Shown: piece by piece, positions 17,222 through 25,606 of the stretch
Layout of the letters: each line of letters starts with the position of its first letter
How positions within the stretch are numbered: position 1 is the stretch's first letter
The notes under the pieces: generated by a model
What the model saw: only the letters and a program-made list of their open reading frames with translations
Told to the model about the DNA's origin: nothing
Database searches by the model: none
Source: Gammaproteobacteria bacterium
GTDB taxonomy: Bacteria > Pseudomonadota > Gammaproteobacteria > Steroidobacterales > GCA-2729495
Assembly (NCBI GenBank): GCA_020851975.1
Contig: JADZBS010000030.1
Span: forward strand, 2,101 to 66,100
DNA: 64,000 nt
Reading direction: 5' to 3'
Program-made: the position numbers and the translations under genes

Positions 17222-19444
17222 TCACTCGCCTCCGGCGCTGTCTGCCGGGCTGCCGGTCGGTGGCGCCTCGGCGGGGGCCTGCGCCCCGTTGGAATAGTCG
17301 AGCCCGGCGAGCTGCTCGTAGTGGCGGTAGCGCTCGTCGATCTCGCGCTGTGCCTGCTCGAGCAGCGCGCGGGCCACGTCCGGGTGCGTGCGCATCAGCA
17401 GGCCGAAGCGCATCTCCGTCTGGGCAAACTCGCGAAACGGCAGCTTCGGCGCGCGCGAGTCGAGGACCAGCGGGTTCTCGCCAACCTCCCTGCGGCGCGG
17501 GTCGTAGCGGAACAGGTTCCAGTGCCCGCTCTTCACGGCCATGTCCTGCTGCGTCAGGTTGCGGTGCAGGTCCACCCCATGGGCGATGCACGGGCTGTAG
17601 GCGATGATCAGGGAGGGTCCGTTCCAGCTCTCGGCCTCGCGCAGGGCGCGCAGCGTGTGCACGTCCTTCGCGCCGAAGGCGACCTGGGCGACGTAGACGT
17701 GTTCGTAGGCCATGGCGATCATCGCCAGGTCCTTCTTCGGCACGGTCTTGCCGCCGGCGGCGAACTTGGCCACGGCCGCGCGTGGCGTGGCCTTCGACAT
17801 CTGGCCGCCGGTGTTGGAGTAGACCTCGGTGTCGAGCACCAGGATGTTGACGTTGCGGCCCGAGGCGAGCACGTGGTCGAGGCCGGAGAAGCCGATGTCG
17901 TAGGCCCAGCCATCCCCGCCGATGATCCAGACGCTGCGACGGATGAAGGCGTCGGCGATGCTCGAGAGATTGCGTGCCGCCGGCGTGTCGAGGGTGGCGA
18001 GCCGTGACTGCAGCTGCGCCACCCGCTCGCGTTGGGCGGCGATGCCGGCCTCGTCGTCCTGGGCGGCATCGAGGATGGCGGCGGCGAGTGTCTCGCCGAC
18101 GTCTCCGCGCAAGACTCCGAGCAGGTCCCGCGCGTGCTTGATCTGCTCGTCGAGCCCGATGCGGATGCCGAGGCCGAACTCGGCATTGTCCTCGAACAGC
18201 GAGTTGCACCAGGCCGGGCCGCGTCCCTGCGCGTCCGTCGTGTAGGGGGCGGTCGGCAGGTTGCCACCGTAGATCGAGGAGCAGCCGGTGGCATTGGCGA
18301 TGATCATGCGATCGCCGAAGAGCTGGGTGGCGAGGCGGATGTAGGGCGTCTCGCCGCAGCCGACGCAGGCGCTCGAGAACTCGAACAGGGGCTGGCCGAC
18401 CGCCGCACCCTTCACCGTGTCCCAGGCGAGCTTGCGCCGGTCGTACTCGGGAAGCTTCAGGAAGAAGTCCCACTTGGCGCGTTCGCGCTCGAGGATCGGC
18501 CCTGTCGGGTGCATGTTGAGGGCCTTGCGGCTGCGGTTGCGTTTGTCGCGCGCCGGGCAGGCTTCCACGCAGAGCGTGCAGCCGGTGCAGTCTTCCGGCG
18601 CCACCTGGTAGGTGATGGCCATGCCGCGCGCGAACTCGGCGCCGACCACGGTGGCGTGGCGGAAGTCGGCCGGTGCGTCCTTCAGCAGTGCCGGGTCGAA
18701 CACCTTGCTGCGGATCGCGGTGTGCGGGCAGACGAAGGCGCACTTGCCGCACTGGATGCACAGCTCGGGCTCGAGCACCGGAACCTCGAGGGCCAGGCGG
18801 CGCTTCTCGTGCGCGGCCGTGCCGAGCGGCCAGGTGCCATCCACCGGCATGCGGCTCACCGGCAGGCTGTCGCCGCAGCCGGCAAGCAGTGCGCTGGTGA
18901 CTTCCCGCACGAAGGCCGGCGCATCGTCCGGAACGCGGAGGCGCTTGCCGTGCGTGGCGGTCAGGCGGTCCGGCACCGGCACCTTGCGCATGTGCTCGAG
19001 CGCGCGGCTGATGACGGCGAAGTTGGCATCGAGGATGCTGCCGCCCTTGGCACGGTAGCTGCGGCTCACCGAGTCCTTGATGCGCACGATCGCCTCGTCG
19101 GGCGGCATGAGGCCCGACAGGGCGAGGTGGCAGGTCTGCATGATGGTGTTGATGCGCCGCCCGAGGCCGGCGTCGCGCGCGACCCGGTAGGCGTCGATGA
19201 CGTACATCTCGAGCTTCTTGTCGAGCACGTAGGCCTGGATGTGCTGCGGCAGCCGGTCCCACGCCTTGTCGGGCGCCCAGGGCGCGTTGAGCAGGAAGGT
19301 CGCCCCGGGGCGCGCCTTGTCGAGCAGTTCGTAGTTCTCGAGAAAGATGGTCTGGTGGCATCCGACGAACTCCGCCTGGCCCTCGCCGATCTCGTAGGTG
19401 GCGCGGATCGGCGCGTTGCCGAAGCGCAGTTGCGAGATGGTCAC
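17222..19444 (-). CDS. nifJ: Pyruvate:ferredoxin (flavodoxin) oxidoreductase, C-terminal 740 codons (domain III remainder, 2x[4Fe-4S], TPP domain)
   Basis: ISQLRFG, CIQCGKCAFVCPH, CTGCTLCVEACP, GETPYIRL, GGDGWAYDIG and TEVYSNTGGQ. It is in the same frame as ORF 19451..20842. Confidence 0.85.
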   Translation of the reverse strand: MTISQLRFGNAPIRATYEIGEGQAEFVGCHQTIFLENYELLDKARPGATFLLNAPWAPDKAWDRLPQHIQAYVLDKKLEMYVIDAYRVARDAGLGRRINTIMQTCHLALSGLMPPDEAIVRIKDSVSRSYRAKGGSILDANFAVISRALEHMRKVPVPDRLTATHGKRLRVPDDAPAFVREVTSALLAGCGDSLPVSRMPVDGTWPLGTAAHEKRRLALEVPVLEPELCIQCGKCAFVCPHTAIRSKVFDPALLKDAPADFRHATVVGAEFARGMAITYQVAPEDCTGCTLCVEACPARDKRNRSRKALNMHPTGPILERERAKWDFFLKLPEYDRRKLAWDTVKGAAVGQPLFEFSSACVGCGETPYIRLATQLFGDRMIIANATGCSSIYGGNLPTAPYTTDAQGRGPAWCNSLFEDNAEFGLGIRIGLDEQIKHARDLLGVLRGDVGETLAAAILDAAQDDEAGIAAQRERVAQLQSRLATLDTPAARNLSSIADAFIRRSVWIIGGDGWAYDIGFSGLDHVLASGRNVNILVLDTEVYSNTGGQMSKATPRAAVAKFAAGGKTVPKKDLAMIAMAYEHVYVAQVAFGAKDVHTLRALREAESWNGPSLIIAYSPCIAHGVDLHRNLTQQDMAVKSGHWNLFRYDPRRREVGENPLVLDSRAPKLPFREFAQTEMRFGLLMRTHPDVARALLEQAQREIDERYRHYEQLAGLDYSNGAQAPAEAPPTGSPADSAGGE

Positions 19445-19450
19445 CTCACC

Positions 19451-20842
19451 CTACTTCTTCGAGTCGAACACGAAATGACCCTGGGCGTACTGGCCGGTTT
19501 CCTCGCCGATGATGCGGATGGTGTTCTGGTTCGCGCTCACCGTTCCGTCGCTGCCGAGCCCGTAGAACACGGCGGCGTGGCAGTTGCGGTCCGTGGCGGT
19601 CGTGAAGCCGGGGTCCCAGGCGAGGCTCGTGTGGCTGATGTCGTCGTGGATGCCTATCGTGAAGTGGTTCTTCGGCAGCGGCGCGGCGAGATTGTCGAAC
19701 ACCGCCTTGATCATGCCCGGCGTGAACTCCTTGGACGACAGCCCGTAGCGGCCGCCGACCACGAGCGGCATGGCGGCGAAACGGTCGCCGCCGTAGCCGA
19801 GGTGCTCGGCGAGGGCGGTGACCACGTCCTGGTAGAGCGGCTCGCCGGCACTGCCGGGTTCCTTGGTGCGGTCGAGCACGGCAATGCGGCGCACGCTCGC
19901 CGGCAGCGCCGCGACCAGATGCTCGCCGGAGAATGGCCGGAACAACCGCACCTTGAGCAGGCCGACCTTCTCGCCGGCGCCGAGCAGTTCATCCACCGTG
20001 TCGCTGGCGGCTTCCGCACCCGAGCCCATCAGTACCAGCACGCGCTCGGCATCGGGCGCGCCGGCATAGTCGAAGGGCTGGTAGCGTCGGCCGGTCAGCG
20101 CGGCGAAGCGTTCCATGGCGAGCACGGTGATGCGCGGCAGTCCGGCGTAGAACGGGTTGACCGCTTCCCGGGACTGGAAGTAGACGTCCGGATTCTGGGT
20201 CGTGCCGCGCATCACCGGGCGGTCGGGCGACAGCCCGCGGCCGCGGTGGGCCTGCAGCCACTCGTCGCGGATCATCTCGCGGATCACCGCGTCGCCGGGC
20301 GGCTCGATGCGCGAGATCTCGTGGGAGGTGCGAAAGCCGTCGAAGAAGTGCAGCACCGGCACCCGCGATTCGAGCGCCACGGCGTGGCTGATGAGCGCGA
20401 GGTCGGCCACCTCCTGCACGGAGCCGGCGCAGAACATGGCAAAGCCCGTGCCGCGACAGGCCATGACATCGCTGTGGTCGCCGAAGATCGACAGCGCATG
20501 GGTGGCCACGGTCCGGGCGGCGACGTGGAACACCGTCGGCAGCAATTCGCCGGCGATCTTGTACATGTTCGGGATCATGAGCAGCAGGCCCTGCGACGAG
20601 GTGAACGTCGTCGCCAGCGCGCCGCGCTGCAGGGCGCCGTGCACGGTGCCGGCCGCCCCGGCCTCGCTCTGCATCTCGATCACCTGCGGGACGGCGCCCC
20701 AGAGGTTCGCCCGCTCGTTGGCCGACCAGCTGTCGGCCAGCTCCCCCATCGGCGAGGACGGGGTGATGGGATAGATGGCGATGACCTCGCTCAGCCTGTG
20801 GGCGACCGTTGCGCAGGCGGTGTTGCCGTCGATCGTGATCAT
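19451..20842 (-). CDS. nifJ: Pyruvate:ferredoxin (flavodoxin) oxidoreductase, N-terminal 463 codons (domains I-II and the start of III)
   Basis: MITIDGNTA..YPITPSSPM.., GLGSDGTV.AN and ...FVFDSKK, followed by TAG. Confidence 0.85.
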   Translation of the reverse strand: MITIDGNTACATVAHRLSEVIAIYPITPSSPMGELADSWSANERANLWGAVPQVIEMQSEAGAAGTVHGALQRGALATTFTSSQGLLLMIPNMYKIAGELLPTVFHVAARTVATHALSIFGDHSDVMACRGTGFAMFCAGSVQEVADLALISHAVALESRVPVLHFFDGFRTSHEISRIEPPGDAVIREMIRDEWLQAHRGRGLSPDRPVMRGTTQNPDVYFQSREAVNPFYAGLPRITVLAMERFAALTGRRYQPFDYAGAPDAERVLVLMGSGAEAASDTVDELLGAGEKVGLLKVRLFRPFSGEHLVAALPASVRRIAVLDRTKEPGSAGEPLYQDVVTALAEHLGYGGDRFAAMPLVVGGRYGLSSKEFTPGMIKAVFDNLAAPLPKNHFTIGIHDDISHTSLAWDPGFTTATDRNCHAAVFYGLGSDGTVSANQNTIRIIGEETGQYAQGHFVFDSKK

Positions 20843-20996
20843 CGCTGTCTTGCCGGGTCCTCGTGCGTGAGGCCACCGATTGTCGCATGGCCCCCGCCGC
20901 CCGTGGGCGTACGGGAATCTACGGCATCAACGATGGGCCGGATCGGATATAACATGCCGCCTCGACCTGGCCGCAGCAGCCGAAGGAGGAGCCGGA

Positions 20997-21320
20997 GTGC
21001 CTTTCGTCGTCACCGAGAACTGCATCAATTGCAAGCACACCAGCTGCGCCGAGGTCTGCCCCGCGGATTGCTTCCACGAGGGACCGAATTTCCTGGTGAT
21101 CGACCCGGAAGCGTGCATCGACTGCATCTTCTGCGTGCCGGCCTGCCCGGTCGGGGCCATCATGGAGGAGCGCGACGTGCCGGCCGACCAGAAGGCGTTC
21201 GTGCGCCTGAACGCCGAACTCGCCGTCGTCTGGCCGAAGATTACCGCGCGCCGTGCGCCACCGCCCGACGCGGAGGAGTGGGACGGCCTGCCCGGCAAGC
21301 TGAAACTGCTGGAGCGCTAG
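20997..21320 (+). CDS. fdxA: 7Fe ferredoxin (Azotobacter FdxA type)
   Basis: [54 protein letters not shown]...[10 protein letters not shown]...[12 protein letters not shown] is near-colinear with FdI. GTG 20997 is preceded by GAAGGAGGA. Confidence 0.9.
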   Translation: MPFVVTENCINCKHTSCAEVCPADCFHEGPNFLVIDPEACIDCIFCVPACPVGAIMEERDVPADQKAFVRLNAELAVVWPKITARRAPPPDAEEWDGLPGKLKLLER

Positions 21321-21336
21321 GGGCGGGCGAACGCCC

Positions 21337-21894
21337 TCACCGGTCGGTCGGGAAGTCGCGTCGTTCGAGCAGCCGGCCGCTCTCGTCGAAGGCCTCCCAG
21401 AGGCCCTCGCGCCGGCGGCCACAGTACCGGCCGCGACTCTGCAGTTGCCCGTTCGGGTAGAAGTATTCCCACAGGCCGTCGAAGCGGCCTTCGCAGTAGT
21501 GCCCGCGCTCGGCAGGCCTGCCGTTCTCGTAGAACTGCTCGTAGGGCCCGTCGCGTTCGCCGTCATGGTAGGTGACGCGATCGTACAGGCGCCCGCTCTC
21601 GTAGTAGCGCTCGAACAGGCCTTCCGGGCGGCCGTCCACCGAGGCGCCCTTCACCCAGGGACGGCCATTCTCGTAATACAGGATCCACGGTCCGTGGCGT
21701 TCCCCGTTCCGGAACGAGCCCTTGAAGGACAGGTGCCCGTTCTCGTGATAGAACTCCCACGGGCCTTCCTGCTTGCCGTGCACGTACTCGCCGCGGAATT
21801 CGCGCTGGCCGCTGCTGTAGTACCACTCGGCCAGGCCGCTCGGCCGCCGGGTGCGGTTCAGGAAACCTTTCACGGCCATGATGAGGTTGATCAT
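21337..21894 (-). CDS. MORN-variant (MORN_2 / YwqK-like) repeat protein, about 7 repeats
   Basis: About 23-aa repeats of the form G.(R/K).G.W..(Y/F)Y.NG(Q/R)....G.Y. GGAG lies 10 nt upstream of the ATG. There is no signal peptide. Confidence 0.8.
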   Translation of the reverse strand: MINLIMAVKGFLNRTRRPSGLAEWYYSSGQREFRGEYVHGKQEGPWEFYHENGHLSFKGSFRNGERHGPWILYYENGRPWVKGASVDGRPEGLFERYYESGRLYDRVTYHDGERDGPYEQFYENGRPAERGHYCEGRFDGLWEYFYPNGQLQSRGRYCGRRREGLWEAFDESGRLLERRDFPTDR

Positions 21895-21909
21895 GAGCGC
21901 GGCTCCGGT

Positions 21910-22689
21910 CTACTCCCGGTGCAGCATCCCGTCCCGGTAGACGCCCTTCTGCTCGAGGCGGCCATCGGCGGTATACAGCTCATAAGGGCCTTCCGGCGCG
22001 CCGTTGCGGCACTGGCCGCGGGCGCGCAACTGGCCGTTGTCGTAGTAGGCCTCGAACGGGCCTTCCTGCTGGCCGTTCTCGTAGCTCTCGCTGGCCTTGA
22101 GCTGACCGTTCGGGTGGTAGGTCTCCAGCGTGCCGGCGGGTTGGCCGTCCTGGTAGGTCGCCCGTTCCTTCAGCGTTCCGCTGTCGTAGAACTGCTCCCA
22201 GGCACCCGTCCGCTGCCCGGCCTCGAAGCTACCACGTGAATCCGGCTGGCCATTGGCGAAATACGACTCGTACGGCCCGTCGCGCCGGTCGTCCCGATGT
22301 GTGCCACGGGAGCGTAGCTGACCATTGGGGTGGAAGACCTCGAAGGGCCCCTGGCGCTGGCCCTGGATGAAACTGCCGCGGGAACGCAACTGGCCGTTGT
22401 CGTGGACCATCTCCCAGGGACCTTCCTGACGCCCTTCCTGCCATGCCTGTCTCTCGAGCATCTTGCCGTTGCGGTGAAACCACTCCTGCAGACCGTCCAT
22501 CTGGCCACTCTTGTAGCATCCGCGAAACTCGACCTGACCGTTGTCGTAGTACGACTCGTAAGGACCTTCCTTCTGTCCATCCTTGTTGGTTCCACGCACC
22601 CGCAGGCGACCATCCTCGTCGCGCATCTCGTAGGGACCATCTTCGGGAATGTCGTCGGCCGACGACCGGAACCAGTCGAGAATCTTCAC
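21910..22689 (-). CDS. MORN-variant (MORN_2 / YwqK-like) repeat protein, about 10 repeats
   Basis: The same repeat type as the downstream paralog (e.g. GQKEGPYESYYDNGQVEFRGCYKSGQMDG...). It lies 15 nt upstream of the second copy. Confidence 0.8.
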   Translation of the reverse strand: MKILDWFRSSADDIPEDGPYEMRDEDGRLRVRGTNKDGQKEGPYESYYDNGQVEFRGCYKSGQMDGLQEWFHRNGKMLERQAWQEGRQEGPWEMVHDNGQLRSRGSFIQGQRQGPFEVFHPNGQLRSRGTHRDDRRDGPYESYFANGQPDSRGSFEAGQRTGAWEQFYDSGTLKERATYQDGQPAGTLETYHPNGQLKASESYENGQQEGPFEAYYDNGQLRARGQCRNGAPEGPYELYTADGRLEQKGVYRDGMLHRE

Positions 22690-22812
22690 CGTCGTTTCCT
22701 GCCCGGGCCAGCTGCTGCTACAGGCGCCGGCAGAGAGCCCGAAAAATGCCGGCGCAGCGATCGTGGATGAATCATAATCATGCGTGACGCAGTCGCCAAC
22801 GCTGCGTGTTGC

Positions 22813-22828
22813 TAGGTAAAAGTACCTA
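22813..22828. promoter_or_regulatory. 16-bp palindrome TAGGTA-AAAG-TACCTA in the divergent MORN/norZ intergenic region; candidate operator
   Basis: Perfect 6-bp inverted arms read directly from the sequence. It sits in the AT-richest part of the 288-bp intergenic region. Confidence 0.3.
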
Positions 22829-22977
22829 TTCGTCCACCGCCATTACCGTATACAAATAGCAGGTGGGGAATGGGAACTTATGCCACGTCTGCTCTTGGGT
22901 CCCGGCCCGGAGTGACAGTTTTCATACCAGTCGTTAACAAATCTGCGCTCTCGTGACCGTCTTAGAGGAGCCCCGAA

Positions 22978-25383
22978 ATGAGCACAAAAGCCGTCAGTAA
23001 TACCGGCAGCTCTAATCTGGCGATGTGGATGCTGAACAAGAAGAACTGGTTCGCCCAGTTCCTCATCGTCGCCGCGATTAGTGTCGTCGGGTTGGTTTAT
23101 CTGGGTCAGCAGACCTACAGTGGCGCACCGCCACTCGTCGATTTCGTGTCGTCCACCGGCGAGGTGGTCGCTTCGGAGGCGACGATCAAGCGTGGCAAGG
23201 AAGTCTTCCACCTTCGCGGGCTCATGGGCTACGGCTCGTTCTGGGGCGACGGCGCAGATCGCGGTCCGGACTTCACCGCCGATGCGTTGCATCGCACGGT
23301 CGTGGCCATGCGCGAGTTCTACACGGAAGAACTCAAGGCGCGCAACGGCACCGAGACGCTGACGGCCTTCGAGACCGACGCCATCGGGCAACGTGTCATT
23401 CGTGAGCTGCACACCAACACGTATGACGAAGCCGCCGGTCGCATCGTTCTGACCGAGGGGCAGATCTACGCCCTGGGCGAGTTGAACAAGCACTACACGC
23501 GCATGTTCACCGACCCGACCTACAAGGACCGGATGGATCCGGTGAACCAGGTCTCCGGCGAAGACAACCTTCGCGCCGTGTCCGCCTTCTTCTTCTGGGG
23601 CGGCTGGGTTGCGGCGGCGAACCGCCCGGGTGAGGAGTACAGCTACACGCACAACTGGCCGTACGACCCCGAGGCGGGCAACTACGCCACGACGGCGACG
23701 TTCGTCTGGACCTTCATCTCCATCTTCGCGCTGTGGATCGGCATCATGGTGGTGCTGTACGTCTACGGCCAGATGAAGCTGCAGCCGGTCGACCTGTTCG
23801 ACACGCAGAGCGGCAACGGCCACTCGCTGACGACCTCCGACCTCGAGAACGGCTACGTGCGGCCCACGCAGCGGTCCACGTACAAGTTCTTCGCACTGGC
23901 GGTCATCGTGTTCGGCCTGCAGGTACTGGCGGGCATCATCAGCGCGACGGACTTCCTGCGTCCGTTCGGCATCAACCTCAACGAACTGGTGCCGTTCACG
24001 GTCTCGCGCAGCTACCACACGCTGCTGCAGATCTACTGGTTCTTCATGTGCTGGGTCGGTTACACGATCTTCTTCCTGCCCCGGCTCACGAAGGTCCCCT
24101 CCGGCCAGAAGTTCCTGATCAACCTGCTGTTCGTGGTTGCAGCAGTGGTCGCCGTCGGTGCGGTGGGCGGTATCTACACCGGCCAGCGCGGCTGGTTCGG
24201 TGACGACGAGCTGAGCTACTGGTTCGGCAGCCAGGGCTGGGAGTTCATCGAGCTCGGCCGCTTCTTCCAGTTGCTGCTGCTCGGTGGCTTCACGCTGTGG
24301 ATCTACATCATCTACCGCGGCGTCAAGCCCTGGCTCACGATGAAGAACATCTGGTCCGTTCCCGCCTGGCTGCTCTGGGGCAGCGGCGTGATGGTCCTGT
24401 TCCTGTTCTTCAGCGTGCTGATGACCCCGTCCGACAACTTCGCCATCTCCGACTACTGGCGCTGGATGACGGTCCACATGTGGGTGGAGGTCACCTTCGA
24501 GGTGTTCACCACCGTCATCGTGGCCTACCTTCTGGTCCAGATGGGGCTGGTCACGCGCCTGATGGCAGAGCGGGTCATCTTCCTGGCCGTCATGCTCTTC
24601 TTCGTGACAGCGATCAACGGCATCTCGCACAACTTCTACTGGATCGCCAAGCCGACCGGCATCATCGCGGTGGGCAGCGTGTTCTCCACCCTCCAGGTGT
24701 TGCCGCTGCTGCTGCTGACGCTGGATGCCTGGCAGATGCGCCAGGAAGGCGGGCGTGCCAACGAGCTTCGCGTCCAGGGCAAGCAGGCGCACGTCATGGA
24801 AGGCGTGTGGGTGTTCATCCTCGGCGTGAACTTCTGGAACGTGTTCGGTGCCGGCGTGTTCGGTTCGCTGATCACGCTGCCGCTCGTGAACTACTACGAG
24901 CACGCCACCTACATGACCCTGAACCACGCCCATGCGGCAATGTTCGGTGTGAAGGGTAACGTGGCGCTGGCTGGCCTGCTGTTCTGCTGCCAGCACCTGT
25001 TCCAGAAGTCGGCCTGGAACGACAAGCTGGTGAGCACGTCGTTCTGGTCGCTCAACATCGGCGTCGGCCTGATGATGTTCCTCGACCTGTTCCCGGTCGG
25101 TGTCTATCAGATCTGGCTGGTGCTGACCGAGGGCTTCTGGTACGCACGTTCGACGGAAGTCATCACCGGGCCGGTGTTCGTCACCCTGACGTACCTGCGC
25201 ATGATCGGTGGTGCACTCTTCGTCCTCGGTGGCCTGCTGCCGCTGATCTGGTTCGTCCTCTCCCGCGGCAACCGCCTGCAGAAGGAGGCCGAAGTGGGTA
25301 CCGACGAGTGGGCCCAGTACCAGAAGGAGTACGGCAAGGAGGCCGGTCGCGAGTGGGCTACCCAGGAGGAGCCGCGCGTCTGA
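22978..25383 (+). CDS. norZ: Quinol-dependent nitric oxide reductase (qNOR, single-subunit NorB/NorZ type)
   Basis: An 801-aa heme-copper-oxidase-like protein with the qNOR N-terminal extension (one TM helix plus a cytochrome-c-like fold lacking CxxCH) and His-rich TM helices. GGAG lies 8 nt upstream of the ATG. Confidence 0.9.
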   Translation: MSTKAVSNTGSSNLAMWMLNKKNWFAQFLIVAAISVVGLVYLGQQTYSGAPPLVDFVSSTGEVVASEATIKRGKEVFHLRGLMGYGSFWGDGADRGPDFTADALHRTVVAMREFYTEELKARNGTETLTAFETDAIGQRVIRELHTNTYDEAAGRIVLTEGQIYALGELNKHYTRMFTDPTYKDRMDPVNQVSGEDNLRAVSAFFFWGGWVAAANRPGEEYSYTHNWPYDPEAGNYATTATFVWTFISIFALWIGIMVVLYVYGQMKLQPVDLFDTQSGNGHSLTTSDLENGYVRPTQRSTYKFFALAVIVFGLQVLAGIISATDFLRPFGINLNELVPFTVSRSYHTLLQIYWFFMCWVGYTIFFLPRLTKVPSGQKFLINLLFVVAAVVAVGAVGGIYTGQRGWFGDDELSYWFGSQGWEFIELGRFFQLLLLGGFTLWIYIIYRGVKPWLTMKNIWSVPAWLLWGSGVMVLFLFFSVLMTPSDNFAISDYWRWMTVHMWVEVTFEVFTTVIVAYLLVQMGLVTRLMAERVIFLAVMLFFVTAINGISHNFYWIAKPTGIIAVGSVFSTLQVLPLLLLTLDAWQMRQEGGRANELRVQGKQAHVMEGVWVFILGVNFWNVFGAGVFGSLITLPLVNYYEHATYMTLNHAHAAMFGVKGNVALAGLLFCCQHLFQKSAWNDKLVSTSFWSLNIGVGLMMFLDLFPVGVYQIWLVLTEGFWYARSTEVITGPVFVTLTYLRMIGGALFVLGGLLPLIWFVLSRGNRLQKEAEVGTDEWAQYQKEYGKEAGREWATQEEPRV

Positions 25384-25427
25384 GGCTGCCAGCACGAGCT
25401 GGTACTCTCTCGAGTACGTAACGACAA

Positions 25428-25482
25428 GGGCCCCGCCGGTTTATTCAACGCTGTTGAATAGGCCGTCGGGGCCCGACTTTTT
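25428..25482 (+). terminator. Rho-independent terminator after norZ
   Basis: A long hairpin: GGGCCCCGCCGG..TATTCAAC-gct-GTTGAATA..CCGTCGGGGCCC, followed by GACTTTTT. Confidence 0.8.
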
Positions 25483-25606
25483 CCGCCGGGATGGATGATG
25501 ACGCAGTAGCCGGATGCCCTGTCGGCGAGGGGCGCTTCGTCAGGATCACCCGGGTGCGGTAGGATGCGCGGCGTTCGACCGCGGTTCGAAGCAGGCAGGA
25601 GTCGAC

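Larger units (their letters stand above)
17222..20842 (-). pseudogene. nifJ: Single-chain PFOR (nifJ-type) interrupted by one in-frame TAG at 19451..19453; pseudogene, sequencing error or split gene
   Basis: The two ORFs share a frame. The read-through translation gives DSKK-stop-GEVTISQLRFG, about 1,206 codons, which is the size of canonical PFORs. Confidence 0.7.

Noticed and set aside
19451-19453. The TAG in PFOR as a pyrrolysine codon.
   Set aside because: Pyrrolysine decoding needs pylTSBCD. As far as I know it is restricted to methanogens and a few anaerobes. The aligned residue in canonical PFORs is a plain Ser, and no pyl genes are in the window. This cannot be formally excluded without the whole genome.
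21337-22689. The MORN/YwqK-like pair as a toxin-antitoxin module.
   Set aside because: Both genes are paralogous repeat proteins. Neither resembles a toxin, and no deaminase or nuclease gene is adjacent. The antitoxin label is a family-name carry-over.
22690-22977. Canonical FNR/DNR (TTGAT-N4-ATCAA), NsrR, or NorR/sigma-54 sites upstream of norZ.
   Set aside because: By eye I could find only partial half-sites (e.g. TGACAgtttTCATA) and no TGGCAC-N5-TTGC. I am not confident enough to call any of them.
22843-25395. An 850-aa ORF antisense to the NO reductase gene.
   Set aside because: The plus frame is an unmistakable qNOR. The antisense translation is highly charged, with no family resemblance.
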